Assembly: GCA_027319905.1 (NCBI GenBank)
Contig: DAHVMJ010000011.1
Coordinates: forward strand, 1-29,537
Origin: Candidatus Micrarchaeota archaeon
Lineage (GTDB): Archaea; Micrarchaeota; Micrarchaeia; Micrarchaeales; CABMGC01
Direction of reading: 5' to 3'
DNA: 29,537 nt
Under the pieces are notes generated by a model. That model was given only the letters and a program-made list of their open reading frames with translations, was not told the DNA's origin and ran no database searches. A program made the position numbers and the translations under genes. Positions 8,466-17,836 of this stretch are shown in pieces; position 1 is the stretch's first letter, and the number at the start of each line of letters is the position of its first letter.

Positions 8466-9464
8466 GTGCAAGCGCGTAAGAAGTTCAGTTTTAGTATCAG
8501 ATGGGCATCGCCCAAGGAGATAATAGCTGTATTGGTCTCGCTGATTATCATCTACCTAATATACGGCGCCCTAACCTCTGGAGTTATAGAGATCAGTTCG
8601 ACGAGCAGCCTCAGCTTCGCGTCAAACCAGACGAGCTTCATAAGGATATACAACGGCAGCGATGCTGCGATAAAGCTCTCCTCAACGTCCTCCTCCAGCG
8701 CTTCCTTCCTGATAACAAGCCTGCCCGCGCTCTATGGACCAGTAGTTTCGTTCAGCATGGCACCAGGTTCCAGCCTCAACGTGAGCACGGATGGTTCGCA
8801 TGTGGCCGACATGAACATAAGGCTGGTGTCAAGCACCAGCGCCGGCGCCACTGTTGCGATAACTCCATTCCTGCTCGAACTCGGCATAAAGCCTAGCGCG
8901 AGCATAACGCTGCTCAACCCGGCCAGTCTCAGCAACATAAAGACCGGTTCATCGCTAACCACAGTAACCACGGTTAGCACGCAGACCACTACGGTATTGG
9001 CGCAGAATCAGACCCAGATTCTCTTCCAGCAGGCGCTGCAGCTGATGAACAAGACAGGCCCCGGCGCACTCATGAAGGACTACAAGGCGCTCTACGAAAA
9101 GGATGTCGGCTGCACAATGAGCACGTACAATTCCACCTACGCCGTATACTACTCAGGCGCCAAGCCGCCGGCTCCTGTTTCGTTCGAAAACGTGAGCTCC
9201 AGCACTCCTACGGATATAAAACTTAATCTAACCACGCTCGCGGCCAAGGACAACGTGCTGCTTACCTACTCCACCGTCTCGCCCTCCCCGAGTACCACGG
9301 GGTCTGCGCTGATAGCGATAATAAACACTTCATCGGCGGCGTTCCTGCACAGCGTCACATACACTGGCCTTTACACAGGCCTGAACTACAGCGCTCTAAA
9401 CAGCTCCTACTCCTTCCAGAGCAGGATACTGAACGACTGCGGCGCCTACATCTCTCCCCCTTAA
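8466..9464 (+). CDS. Membrane-anchored Ser/Thr-rich surface glycoprotein (hypothetical)
   Basis: Single N-terminal TM helix (IIAVLVSLIIIYLIYGAL), Thr-rich linker and 11 N-x-S/T sequons by hand count. GTG 8466 preferred over ATG 8403 because a TATA-like element (about 8416-8424) and GGAG lie between them. Confidence 0.75.
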   Translation: MQARKKFSFSIRWASPKEIIAVLVSLIIIYLIYGALTSGVIEISSTSSLSFASNQTSFIRIYNGSDAAIKLSSTSSSSASFLITSLPALYGPVVSFSMAPGSSLNVSTDGSHVADMNIRLVSSTSAGATVAITPFLLELGIKPSASITLLNPASLSNIKTGSSLTTVTTVSTQTTTVLAQNQTQILFQQALQLMNKTGPGALMKDYKALYEKDVGCTMSTYNSTYAVYYSGAKPPAPVSFENVSSSTPTDIKLNLTTLAAKDNVLLTYSTVSPSPSTTGSALIAIINTSSAAFLHSVTYTGLYTGLNYSALNSSYSFQSRILNDCGAYISPP

Positions 9465-9489
9465 CGTGGCCCACTATCAAAGGCATACA

Positions 9490-10752
9490 ATGACAGATAC
9501 AGAAAAGGTATTGAACGAGCATAAGTCAAGGAAAGGCAAGTATGAGATAGTATCGACGGTACCCATAAACACGCGCGACGAACTGTCTACTTTCTACACT
9601 CCCGGCGTGGCAGAGGTCTCGCGGTACATAAGCGGCGATAAGCGCGGGGTTTATGATTACACCACCAAGGGAAACATGATCGCCATAGTCAGCGACGGCA
9701 CGCGCGTGCTCGGCCTGGGAAACGTAGGGCCAGAGGCGGGCCTGCCTGTGATGGAAGGCAAGGCGATACTCTTCAAGAAGTTCGGCGGCGTTGATGCTGT
9801 GCCACTCTGCATCTCGGTTCATGACGAGTCAGAGATAATAAAGTTCGTCACGGCTATAGCCCCAACGTTCGGCGCCATAAACATAGAGGACATAGAGTCC
9901 CCAAAATCTTTCCGCATAGTTGATGCGCTCTCCAAGACGCTTGACATACCCGTATTCCACGACGACCAGCAGGGGACCGGTGTTGTGGTGCTCGCCGCGT
10001 TGCTTAACTCTCTCAGGCTTGCGGAAAAGAAGAAGGACGCCAGGATAGTGATAAACGGTGCAGGTTCTGCCGGCGTGGGCATCGTGCGCTTGCTGGTCCA
10101 CGCGGGGCTCAGGAACTTGGTCGTGCTCGACAGCTCCGGCATCATATACCGCGGCAGGAAAGAGAACATGAACGAGTTCAAGGAGGAGATAGCAAATACA
10201 ACCAACCAGGAGGCAAGGTCCGGCGCGCTCGAAGACGCTGTGACCGGAGCAGATGTGCTCATAGGGGTTTCGAAGGCGGGGGCATTTGGCAGCGGCCTGA
10301 TCGCCACGATGAATCAAAAGCCTATAGTGTTTGCGATGGCCAATCCAGATCCCGAGATCGGCTACGTTGAAGCCAGAGACGCTGGTGCTTTCATAGCAGC
10401 TACAGGTAGAAGCGACACGCCAAACCAGGTGAACAACCTGCTCGCGTTTCCAAGCATAATGCGCGGCCTTTTGGACGCACGGGCCAGAAGGATTAACTAT
10501 GAGCTGCTCGAAGGCGCATCAAAGGCGATAGCAAAGTTGGCGGGTAAAGAACTAAGTAGAGAGAAGATACTGCCAGATGTGCTGGACAAGAAAGCGGCGA
10601 TAAAGGTTGCCACCAGCGTCTCAGTTGCCGTCTCAGAAGCCGCTGTGCGCACCGGTGTTGCTGCAATTCAGAAGGATCCAAAAGAGATAAGGAAACAGGT
10701 TGCAGAGCGAATAAATAGATACTGGAGAGTTGAGCGCAAGATACTGCGTTAA
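9490..10752 (+). CDS. mae: NAD(P)-dependent malic enzyme
   Basis: [72 protein letters not shown]. Start ATG 9490 (alternative GTG 9466). Confidence 0.95.
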   Translation: MTDTEKVLNEHKSRKGKYEIVSTVPINTRDELSTFYTPGVAEVSRYISGDKRGVYDYTTKGNMIAIVSDGTRVLGLGNVGPEAGLPVMEGKAILFKKFGGVDAVPLCISVHDESEIIKFVTAIAPTFGAINIEDIESPKSFRIVDALSKTLDIPVFHDDQQGTGVVVLAALLNSLRLAEKKKDARIVINGAGSAGVGIVRLLVHAGLRNLVVLDSSGIIYRGRKENMNEFKEEIANTTNQEARSGALEDAVTGADVLIGVSKAGAFGSGLIATMNQKPIVFAMANPDPEIGYVEARDAGAFIAATGRSDTPNQVNNLLAFPSIMRGLLDARARRINYELLEGASKAIAKLAGKELSREKILPDVLDKKAAIKVATSVSVAVSEAAVRTGVAAIQKDPKEIRKQVAERINRYWRVERKILR

Positions 10753-10772
10753 CTTTCACTGCCCTTTACCTA

Positions 10773-13043
10773 TCACATTTTCTTCTTCGGTTTCCCAGAT
10801 ATCGGCAGCTTGAACCAGAAGGTACTGCCTCTGCCCGGTTCTGAATCTACGCCTATGCTGCCGCCGTGCAGCCCCACTATCTCCTTGGCTATCGAGAGGC
10901 CCAGACCTGTGCCTGAGCCTTCCTGAACCGTTAGCCCCTTCCTCTGGAGCTGGTAGAACTTCTTGAACAGCTTACCAATGTTTTCCTTGCTTATTCCAGT
11001 GCCCGTGTCAGTCACCTCGACCTTTACGAACTTGCTCTTCTTACCCGCCCTCGCTATCCTTATGCCTATGCTGCCTTGTTCGGTGAACTTTATCGCGTTG
11101 CCCACAAGGTTGACGAGCACCTGTATCAGCCTGTTGGGATCAGCCTGTATCGTTGGCACGCTGTAGTCAACGTCCACAGCGAAGGCAAGACCCTTCTTCT
11201 GTGCGAACTCTATCAGCGATTCTATTGCTGGGTTCTTCAGCAGGTCGTTGAAGTTCACCTCCTGAACATCGAGCTTTATCCTGCCCGACGAGAGCTTCGC
11301 GACGTCAAGTATCTGGTTGATCAGCTGGAGCAGGCGGTCCGCTTCCTTTGTTATTATCTCAGCGTACTCCCTGTTCTGTTCGCTCATCTGCTCACTGCTT
11401 CCAGCGAGCAACTTGCCGTAGCCGTATATGCTCGTAAGAGGCGTCTTTAGGTCGTGGGAGATGTTGTAGAAGAACTGGGTCTTGAGGTCACTCTCCGACT
11501 TTTCGCTCTCAAGCTGCTTGCTCAGCTCCTCGGTGTCCTCCTCGAGCCTGTCCATCTTTATCTTGGTCGCGAGTTCCTTGGTGGTTATCATGTAGCCAAC
11601 AATCCTGCTGTCGCTGTCTAGCATGCTCCTTATCGACTGCTCGCAGGGTATCGGCGCCTCACCGTTCTTGGCGCGCAGATTCGCGAACACGTTCTCTACG
11701 GAACCGTTGTTCCTAGCGAGCGAGAGCGACGAACTGAGCTTCTGCTGGCTCTCTTCATCCGCGTAGAGCGAGACAAGCGCGCTGCCGCTCAGCTCGCTGT
11801 TGGTGTAGCTCAGCAATTTCTCCGCGCTCCTGTTTACCGACTTCACGTAGCCTAGCGCATCTATGCTGAATATCGCGTCGCTTGCTATCTCCACGAGCCC
11901 GTCCAGCGTCGACTGCATCGCAGACGCGTACTTCTCTATGTTGTTGCTCGACAGAACGCAGGAGAAGCCGCCAAAGTCGTTCTTCATCAGCGTGGCCTTG
12001 GTATCAATGAAGACGTCGTTGCCTATGTTCAGCCGCAGAGACTTGGAAAGCGTGTCGGGCAGCGAACCTATCTCTCCGGCGAACTCCTTGTCTTCGTACG
12101 CAAGGTCGATGAGTCGCCTGCCGACGATCTCATCAACGCCTATCTTGAGGACCTTGCCTATGTTTCCACTTGACCACAATACCGTTGTGTCATTAGCCAG
12201 GAGCATGAATGCGTCGCTGGCACTCCTTTCCGAAAGCCGCACCTTCTCCTCAAGTTCTTTGAGTTCCGTCACGTCATAGAGCAGCAGGTGTGTCAGCCTG
12301 TCGTTTATCTTGCTGCACGTAGCTTTGTAGATCCTCACAGAATCCCCGTTCTCTCTCACCTCAGCCGCGGATCCCGCACGCAGCGAATCGAGCATGCCCG
12401 CATCAACGTTGAAGAACTCGCTCACATTTTTTCCCACCATCTCTTTCTGCGTTTTTCCGAAGAGGCCTGCTGAGCTCTTGTTGGATTTAACCACGCTCCC
12501 GCTCCTGTCTATAAGCATCTGCGGCACGTAGGTGTTGAACGCAGCATCGAAGTACTTGGCCAGGCCCACGCTCCGCTCCTTCTCTATCTTCGCGACCATC
12601 TGGTAAGAGAGTATCTCTGCGGCGAGCATCAGTTTCTGCGAAAGCAGCGTATCGAACCTGTCTTCTCCTTTTGAAAGAAAGGTGGCCACAAGTACCGGTT
12701 TGCCCTCCACGACAACTGGCAGCAGCATGCAGCTCCTGAAGCCCAGGTTGTAGTGCTTTATCAACTCTGGAAACGCGGAATAGCCGCTGAGCCTGTTGTC
12801 CACGTATGGCTTGCCCGTGTTTATCGCGAATTCCTCAAGTCCCGAAAGCTCATCTTTGCCCTGGTAGGCGTCCTTGATCATTATGTAGTCTATGCCGACC
12901 GCTTCCTTCACACGCGATGCAAACCCGGAGAGCAGCTCCTCCGCGTTATTACTCTCCTTGCCCATGGTGAAGAGCTCAGTTGCAAGCTGTTCAACTGTAA
13001 CTGTTTCCTGCATCTTGGTCGCGCTATTAGAAGAGATTACCAA
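10773..13043 (-). CDS. Soluble sensor histidine kinase (GAF-like + multiple PAS + HisKA + HATPase)
   Basis: H-box SHDLKTPLTSI, N-box NLVGNAIKFT, DTGTGI, GTGLGLSI. PAS-like repeats (e.g. IDALGYVKSVNRSAEKLLSY). No TM segment seen. Alternative start ATG 13013. Confidence 0.92.
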   Translation of the reverse strand: MVISSNSATKMQETVTVEQLATELFTMGKESNNAEELLSGFASRVKEAVGIDYIMIKDAYQGKDELSGLEEFAINTGKPYVDNRLSGYSAFPELIKHYNLGFRSCMLLPVVVEGKPVLVATFLSKGEDRFDTLLSQKLMLAAEILSYQMVAKIEKERSVGLAKYFDAAFNTYVPQMLIDRSGSVVKSNKSSAGLFGKTQKEMVGKNVSEFFNVDAGMLDSLRAGSAAEVRENGDSVRIYKATCSKINDRLTHLLLYDVTELKELEEKVRLSERSASDAFMLLANDTTVLWSSGNIGKVLKIGVDEIVGRRLIDLAYEDKEFAGEIGSLPDTLSKSLRLNIGNDVFIDTKATLMKNDFGGFSCVLSSNNIEKYASAMQSTLDGLVEIASDAIFSIDALGYVKSVNRSAEKLLSYTNSELSGSALVSLYADEESQQKLSSSLSLARNNGSVENVFANLRAKNGEAPIPCEQSIRSMLDSDSRIVGYMITTKELATKIKMDRLEEDTEELSKQLESEKSESDLKTQFFYNISHDLKTPLTSIYGYGKLLAGSSEQMSEQNREYAEIITKEADRLLQLINQILDVAKLSSGRIKLDVQEVNFNDLLKNPAIESLIEFAQKKGLAFAVDVDYSVPTIQADPNRLIQVLVNLVGNAIKFTEQGSIGIRIARAGKKSKFVKVEVTDTGTGISKENIGKLFKKFYQLQRKGLTVQEGSGTGLGLSIAKEIVGLHGGSIGVDSEPGRGSTFWFKLPISGKPKKKM

Positions 13044-13084
13044 ATTTAAATAGGTGCGGTTCCCAGTCAGTTACAGTGGCTCTG

Positions 13085-13744
13085 ATGCGGTTCAGGAAGA
13101 TATTCGAGGGAGTTTACAAGATAGACAACAAGCTAGCCACGCTCAACCTGGTAAAGGGGAACAGGGTGTACGATGAGGAGCTGATAATGCGTGAAGGCAA
13201 ACAGTACCGCCTATGGAACCCTTACAGGAGCAAGCTCGCCGCAGCTATAATCAACGGCATGAAGCAGATGCACATCAGGACGGGCTCGCGGGTTCTCTAC
13301 CTTGGGGCAGCGACGGGCACGACAAGCAGCCACGTGAGTGACATAGTGGGCAAGGACGGCATCGTTTACTGCATAGAGATATCAGAGCGCAACATGCGCG
13401 AACTCCTCAAGACATGCGAGCCGAGGCAGAACATGCTGCCGATGCTCCAGGATGCAAGGAACGTCGACGCATATGCCAGCGATACCGGAGTATGTGACAT
13501 AATCTACCAGGACATAGCGGCGCGCGATCAGGCAGACATCCTGATAAGGAACATAGCGCTGTTGAAGGACAGCGGCTATGCTTATGTCGCGATAAAATCT
13601 CAGAGTATCGATGTTGTCAAGCAGCCAGAGCAGGTGTTCAAAGAGTTCTTGGAAGAGGTATCAGCGAAGTTCAAGGTTGTAGAAAAGGTGGACATAGCTC
13701 CGTATTCCAAGATGCATCTGTTTGCTGTATTGCAAAAGAAATAG
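13085..13744 (+). CDS. flpA: Fibrillarin-like rRNA/tRNA 2'-O-methyltransferase
   Basis: YRLWNPYRSKLAAAI, VLYLGAATGTTSSHVSDIV, IYQDIA, IKSQSIDV. Start ATG 13085 (alternative GTG 13076). Confidence 0.95.
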   Translation: MRFRKIFEGVYKIDNKLATLNLVKGNRVYDEELIMREGKQYRLWNPYRSKLAAAIINGMKQMHIRTGSRVLYLGAATGTTSSHVSDIVGKDGIVYCIEISERNMRELLKTCEPRQNMLPMLQDARNVDAYASDTGVCDIIYQDIAARDQADILIRNIALLKDSGYAYVAIKSQSIDVVKQPEQVFKEFLEEVSAKFKVVEKVDIAPYSKMHLFAVLQKK

Positions 13745-13748
13745 GCCC

Positions 13749-14663
13749 CTAGGGTTGCGCGTATCCTGAAGTCCATTGGCTTGTGTACGTCACGCCGCTC
13801 GGCACTCCGTTGTTGTTATTGCCACTGTAGTCATTGGCATTGCCGTTGAGCGGCCACCAACCTACGAGGTTTGAGAGTTTTATGGGTGCGCCGCCTATGC
13901 CCTCAAAATACAGATATTGGATTTCGTTTGTCGACAGAGAAGTGTTGTAAACTTGGTAATCGGCAATGTTGCCGTATATCGGCCTGTCGCCTTCTCCTGA
14001 TCCTATGGCAGTCCCGATCATCAGGTATGCAGAAGATGAGGTGGGAATGCTGTACGCAGAGATGGTTGCTGTCTGGATGTGGCTGTCTACAAAGACATTT
14101 GTAGTTGTGGCGCCTCCTCCGGCATAGGAGAACCCTATGAAGTGCCAATTTCCGTCAATTATGGTCAGACCTGTGTTGTAGTTGTTCCCACAGCCATCGA
14201 GCGCAAAGGTGCTGCCAGTATAAGTGTCAAGTTGCGGCAAGCCTTGGCAAGCATTACTTCCGTCTATCGAGCCAAAGTAGGATATCTGCTGTGCTGTGGA
14301 CTGCACATTGGTGGTTCTGAACCAAAGTGTGACGCTAATGGGGCTTGACGAGGTGAAGGAAAGGCTGCTCATTGGTATATCCACATAACCTTGATAGCTA
14401 TAGGAATCAACGTACTGCGGCAGCTCCCCGCTGCACACACCCTCGAGGTTTATGACGCTGATACTGTACGGTCCGTTAGGCCTGAAAACCTGGCAGGCTC
14501 CTGGAGGCGCGCGCGGCGCAAATGCGCTGGCGTTAAACACGCCGAGCTGGAAGAGAGCTCCCAATACAACAGCGATTATGAGAATTGCCCAGCCGTAGGT
14601 CATCAGATACTCCATCGCAGACTGCGCATTGAATACATGCTTCTGAAACGGCGCGTTTCTCAT
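13749..14663 (-). CDS. Class III signal peptide (pilin-like) LamG/concanavalin-like surface protein, paralogue 2
   Basis: NA|QSAMEYLMTYGWAILIIAVV leader. ISVTLWF, DGNWHFIGFSY, VFVDS, YNTSLSTNEIQYLY, LVGWWPLNGNANDYSGN. Confidence 0.88.
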   Translation of the reverse strand: MRNAPFQKHVFNAQSAMEYLMTYGWAILIIAVVLGALFQLGVFNASAFAPRAPPGACQVFRPNGPYSISVINLEGVCSGELPQYVDSYSYQGYVDIPMSSLSFTSSSPISVTLWFRTTNVQSTAQQISYFGSIDGSNACQGLPQLDTYTGSTFALDGCGNNYNTGLTIIDGNWHFIGFSYAGGGATTTNVFVDSHIQTATISAYSIPTSSSAYLMIGTAIGSGEGDRPIYGNIADYQVYNTSLSTNEIQYLYFEGIGGAPIKLSNLVGWWPLNGNANDYSGNNNNGVPSGVTYTSQWTSGYAQP

Positions 14664-14735
14664 TGCGTTTCCTCAGGGAAGCATAACGATATAACAAATT
14701 TAAGCCTTAACAGCCAAGCAGAAGACAGTGCTTGG

Positions 14736-15551
14736 ATGATCGACGGCGGAAAATACCTCAGGCTGCTTTCAAAATTTCAGCCCGCAGCACGCAGGTGCCT
14801 CCACTGCGCCTCCACCACATATTCCATCAATGGCAAGCCCTCTTTCTGCAACTTCTGCGAACAGTACACGGGTTCCGGTGTAGAGCAGGCGGCAGAAACG
14901 CCCTTCTCGGCGGTCAGGTCGCAGATAGACGCAAATGGCTGGGATGCTGCCGAAAAGACTGCGTCGCAGCTGATAAAAGGAAACAAGGATCCCGAACAGC
15001 TGTATCTTATCGGCGTGTTCTACCACGAACTTTCCACAATCAGGTTCCAAAGCAGAGACTACAACCAGATGGGCTTCATGGAGAAGAACGCCGTAAACAT
15101 AAGGGACAGTCTTGACCTAACGATGAAATGGAAGGAGTGCTTCTTCAAGGTCATCAAGATAGTCGGGGACGAACTCCAGGGCAATGTGCAGGTCGACCCC
15201 GAACTTGTCTTCATAAAGCTCGTGTCCGAGCTGCGCCTGCGGCGCTTTGTAGAAGCCGCAGCAACGCTGAAAGTGCTTCAGAATCTTGATAAGCATGGCA
15301 TCCTGATAGGTTACGCACAGCTCGCCTACAACGTCGAGAGAAACACCAAACAGGCCGAAGCGTCGCTGGCTTCGATGTTGCCCCAGAGTGAGATAAACAC
15401 CTACTACTACCTCGCCAAATACCTCGCAAAAAACAAAAAGCTGCGCGAGGCCGAACTTCTGATCGAGCTGCTCGGTAAAACCTCAGAGGTCCTGTCATCT
15501 CGCGAGCTCCTTTACAAGATAAGGCTGGCGCAGGAAGCTTCAAAGATGTAA
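14736..15551 (+). CDS. Hypothetical protein with N-terminal zinc ribbon and TPR-like helical region
   Basis: CLHC...CNFC followed by helical repeats (LYLIGVFY, YYYLAKYL). Start moved to ATG 14736 to avoid overlap with the pilin gene. Confidence 0.75.
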   Translation: MIDGGKYLRLLSKFQPAARRCLHCASTTYSINGKPSFCNFCEQYTGSGVEQAAETPFSAVRSQIDANGWDAAEKTASQLIKGNKDPEQLYLIGVFYHELSTIRFQSRDYNQMGFMEKNAVNIRDSLDLTMKWKECFFKVIKIVGDELQGNVQVDPELVFIKLVSELRLRRFVEAAATLKVLQNLDKHGILIGYAQLAYNVERNTKQAEASLASMLPQSEINTYYYLAKYLAKNKKLREAELLIELLGKTSEVLSSRELLYKIRLAQEASKM

Positions 15552-15564
15552 AAGAAGTCGCCGC

Positions 15565-16134
15565 CTATCCCTGAGCCGTCTTCTCTTTGGAGAGTACCTT
15601 GATTTCAAATCTTTCAGCTATCTTCACCGCAAGGTTGTGCACGCTGTCTGCATTCATTCCAGAGCTGTCGAGCACAAGACTGCCCTTTATGGGTGCCTCC
15701 TTTGTCACTTCGTGCGTCCTCAGGAACAGTGTGAGCTCATCCACGCCCGTTATCTTCCCAAACTCTTTCCTGCTCTCGCCCTTTACTCTTTTCAGCAGTG
15801 TTTCCTCATCGGCATAAAGGTATACGAAGCAGACCTCGCCTCCGTACGCACCTATCATCTCCCTCAGCCTTCCAGCCACGAATTCGTGCTCGCCTTTTAT
15901 GAACGCGGAGGTGAAGATGAGGTTCGTGCCGTTCTTTGCAGCCTCGGTCAACTTTTCCGCTCGGTACCTGACCACAGCTTCGTTGAACTCCCTGCTTCCG
16001 AAACCAAACCTCCTGTCTACAGCATCAAGGGAGGCGTGGTTGTGGAACAGCTCGTAGCCCGTCATCCCGGAGAGCTCTCTGGCGACGGAAAGCTTTCCAA
16101 CGGCAGGAGGACCATATATGACCACCAGCTTCAT
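15565..16134 (-). CDS. P-loop nucleotide/shikimate kinase-like protein
   Basis: MKLVVIYGPPAVGKLSVA, LFHNH and lid-like RVKGESRKEFGK. Confidence 0.8.
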   Translation of the reverse strand: MKLVVIYGPPAVGKLSVARELSGMTGYELFHNHASLDAVDRRFGFGSREFNEAVVRYRAEKLTEAAKNGTNLIFTSAFIKGEHEFVAGRLREMIGAYGGEVCFVYLYADEETLLKRVKGESRKEFGKITGVDELTLFLRTHEVTKEAPIKGSLVLDSSGMNADSVHNLAVKIAERFEIKVLSKEKTAQG

Positions 16135-16153
16135 GCGCGCACCTCTTCCCAAA

Positions 16154-17593
16154 TCAGCCCTTCACTACTCCAAGAGGTATGTTTTTGGAGACGATTTTCG
16201 ATATGCCCGCCTTCTCCACCACACCGACAACGTCATCCACATTCTTGTAAACCCACTCCGCCTCCTCGCTGATCAGCTTCCTCGTTCGCACGCGTATCTC
16301 TATGCCCTTGCTCTTGAGCGACTCGAAGGTCTTGTTAGCAGGTATCTCACGCAGCGCCTGGTGCCTCGACATCAGCCTGCCGGAGCCGTGGCACGTGGTT
16401 CCGAAGGTCTCTTTCATGGAGCCCTCCTCGCCGCAGAGCACATAACTGCTCGTGCCCATGCTTCCTGGTATTATGACAGGCTGCCCTATGCCTCTGTACT
16501 CTTTGGGTATGCCTTCGGTGTTTCTTGGGAATGCCCTTGTTGCTCCCTTCCTGTGCACATACACCCCGACCCTCTTGCCATCAACGTTATGCTCCTCAAG
16601 CTTGGCTATGTTGTGCGCCACGTCGTAGAGCGGATGCATGCCCAGCTCCTCAGAACCTTTGCCGAAAGTTTCCTCGAAGCTCTTGCGTATGTTGTGCATT
16701 ATCATCTGCCTATTCGCGAACGCGTAGTTGACAGCGCAGTTCATCGCGGCCAGGTAGTTGTCCGCCTCCCTGCTCCCTATCCTGGCGTAGCTCAGCTCCC
16801 GATCTACTAGCTGTATGTTGTTCCTCGCCTGGTACTCGACGAGCGTTCGGAGGTGATCGCTGCATATCTGGTGGCCGAATCCCCTCGACCCGCAGTGCAC
16901 CATCACCACCACCTGGTCCCTGTAGAGCCCGAACTCTTTTGCTGTTCTTTCATCGAATATCCTCTCCACCTTCTGCACCTCCAGGAAGTGGTTGCCCGCA
17001 CCAAGAGTGCCGAGTTGCTCAAGCCCCCTTGCTTTGGCCTCTTTGCTCACCTTGGAGAAGTCAGCGCCAATCATCATGCCGTTCTCCTCTATCTTCTCCA
17101 CGTCCTCCTTCCATCCGTAGCCCTTCTCTATCGCGTATCCGGCACCCTCTTCGGCCACCTTCTTGAGGTCGGATTCGGAGAAACCGGTTTTCAGCTTGCT
17201 GCCGACCCCTGTCGGGACGTTCCTGAAGAGCGCGTCAAGAAGCCTGCCGATCTTCGGCCTCACCTCCTTTTCAGTAAGCTCAGTCTTTATCAGCCTTACC
17301 CCGCAGTTTATATCGTAGCCCACAGCGCCAGGCGATATTATCCCTTCGTTTGCATCGAACGCCGCGACTCCTCCCACCGGGAACCCGTAGCCCTCATGGC
17401 CGTCAGGCATGACCAGCACGTTGCCGACCAAGCCAGGAAGCGTGGCCGCATTAGTGGCCTGCTGTACTGTCCTGTCTCCCTTTATCTTGCCAAGCATGCC
17501 CTCAGTTGCGTAGATCACCACATTTGTGCGCATCCCCCTGCTCTCATCCTTTTCGAGCATGAACTTGACATCACTCAGCTTTCTGAACTCCAT
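16154..17593 (-). CDS. rtcB: RtcB RNA ligase (tRNA-splicing ligase)
   Basis: MPDGHEGYGFPVGGV, VGYDINCGVR, GTLGAGNHFLE, HCGSRG, YDVAHN, HRKGATRA, PGSMG, HGSGR. Confidence 0.97.
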   Translation of the reverse strand: MEFRKLSDVKFMLEKDESRGMRTNVVIYATEGMLGKIKGDRTVQQATNAATLPGLVGNVLVMPDGHEGYGFPVGGVAAFDANEGIISPGAVGYDINCGVRLIKTELTEKEVRPKIGRLLDALFRNVPTGVGSKLKTGFSESDLKKVAEEGAGYAIEKGYGWKEDVEKIEENGMMIGADFSKVSKEAKARGLEQLGTLGAGNHFLEVQKVERIFDERTAKEFGLYRDQVVVMVHCGSRGFGHQICSDHLRTLVEYQARNNIQLVDRELSYARIGSREADNYLAAMNCAVNYAFANRQMIMHNIRKSFEETFGKGSEELGMHPLYDVAHNIAKLEEHNVDGKRVGVYVHRKGATRAFPRNTEGIPKEYRGIGQPVIIPGSMGTSSYVLCGEEGSMKETFGTTCHGSGRLMSRHQALREIPANKTFESLKSKGIEIRVRTRKLISEEAEWVYKNVDDVVGVVEKAGISKIVSKNIPLGVVKG

Positions 17594-17718
17594 AAATAGC
17601 ACATCAGAGAGGGCTCCGAGGCCATATTTTACCGTCGTTTTTCACACGAACGTTTAAATATAACCTAAACTCATTATGCTTGTAAGCATTTTAAGTTATC
17701 CCTGATAATCAATATCGT

Positions 17719-17804
17719 GCAGGGGTGGCGGAGCTTGGTCAAACGCGGCAGACTCAAGATCTGTTGGCCATAGGCCTGCGTGAGTTCAAATCTCTCCCCC
17801 TGCA
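17719..17804 (+). tRNA. tRNA-Leu (anticodon CAA), intronless, CCA not encoded
   Basis: Acceptor GCAGGGG/CCCCTGC-A, anticodon arm GCAGA-CTCAAGA-TCTGT, long variable arm GGCC-ATA-GGCC, T loop TTCAAAT. Confidence 0.97.
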
Positions 17805-17836
17805 CGTTTTTGCTACAGGAACTTAGGGTGGACAAG

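Noticed and set aside
2373..14663. Invertible (shufflon-like) segment between oppositely oriented pilin paralogues
   Set aside because: No recombinase gene is present and the constant blocks are synonymously diverged rather than identical inverted repeats. It cannot be supported without read data.
14391..14735. N-terminal extension of the 386-aa ORF
   Set aside because: It overlaps pilin paralogue 2 on the opposite strand and its promoter region; ATG 14736 is the plausible start.
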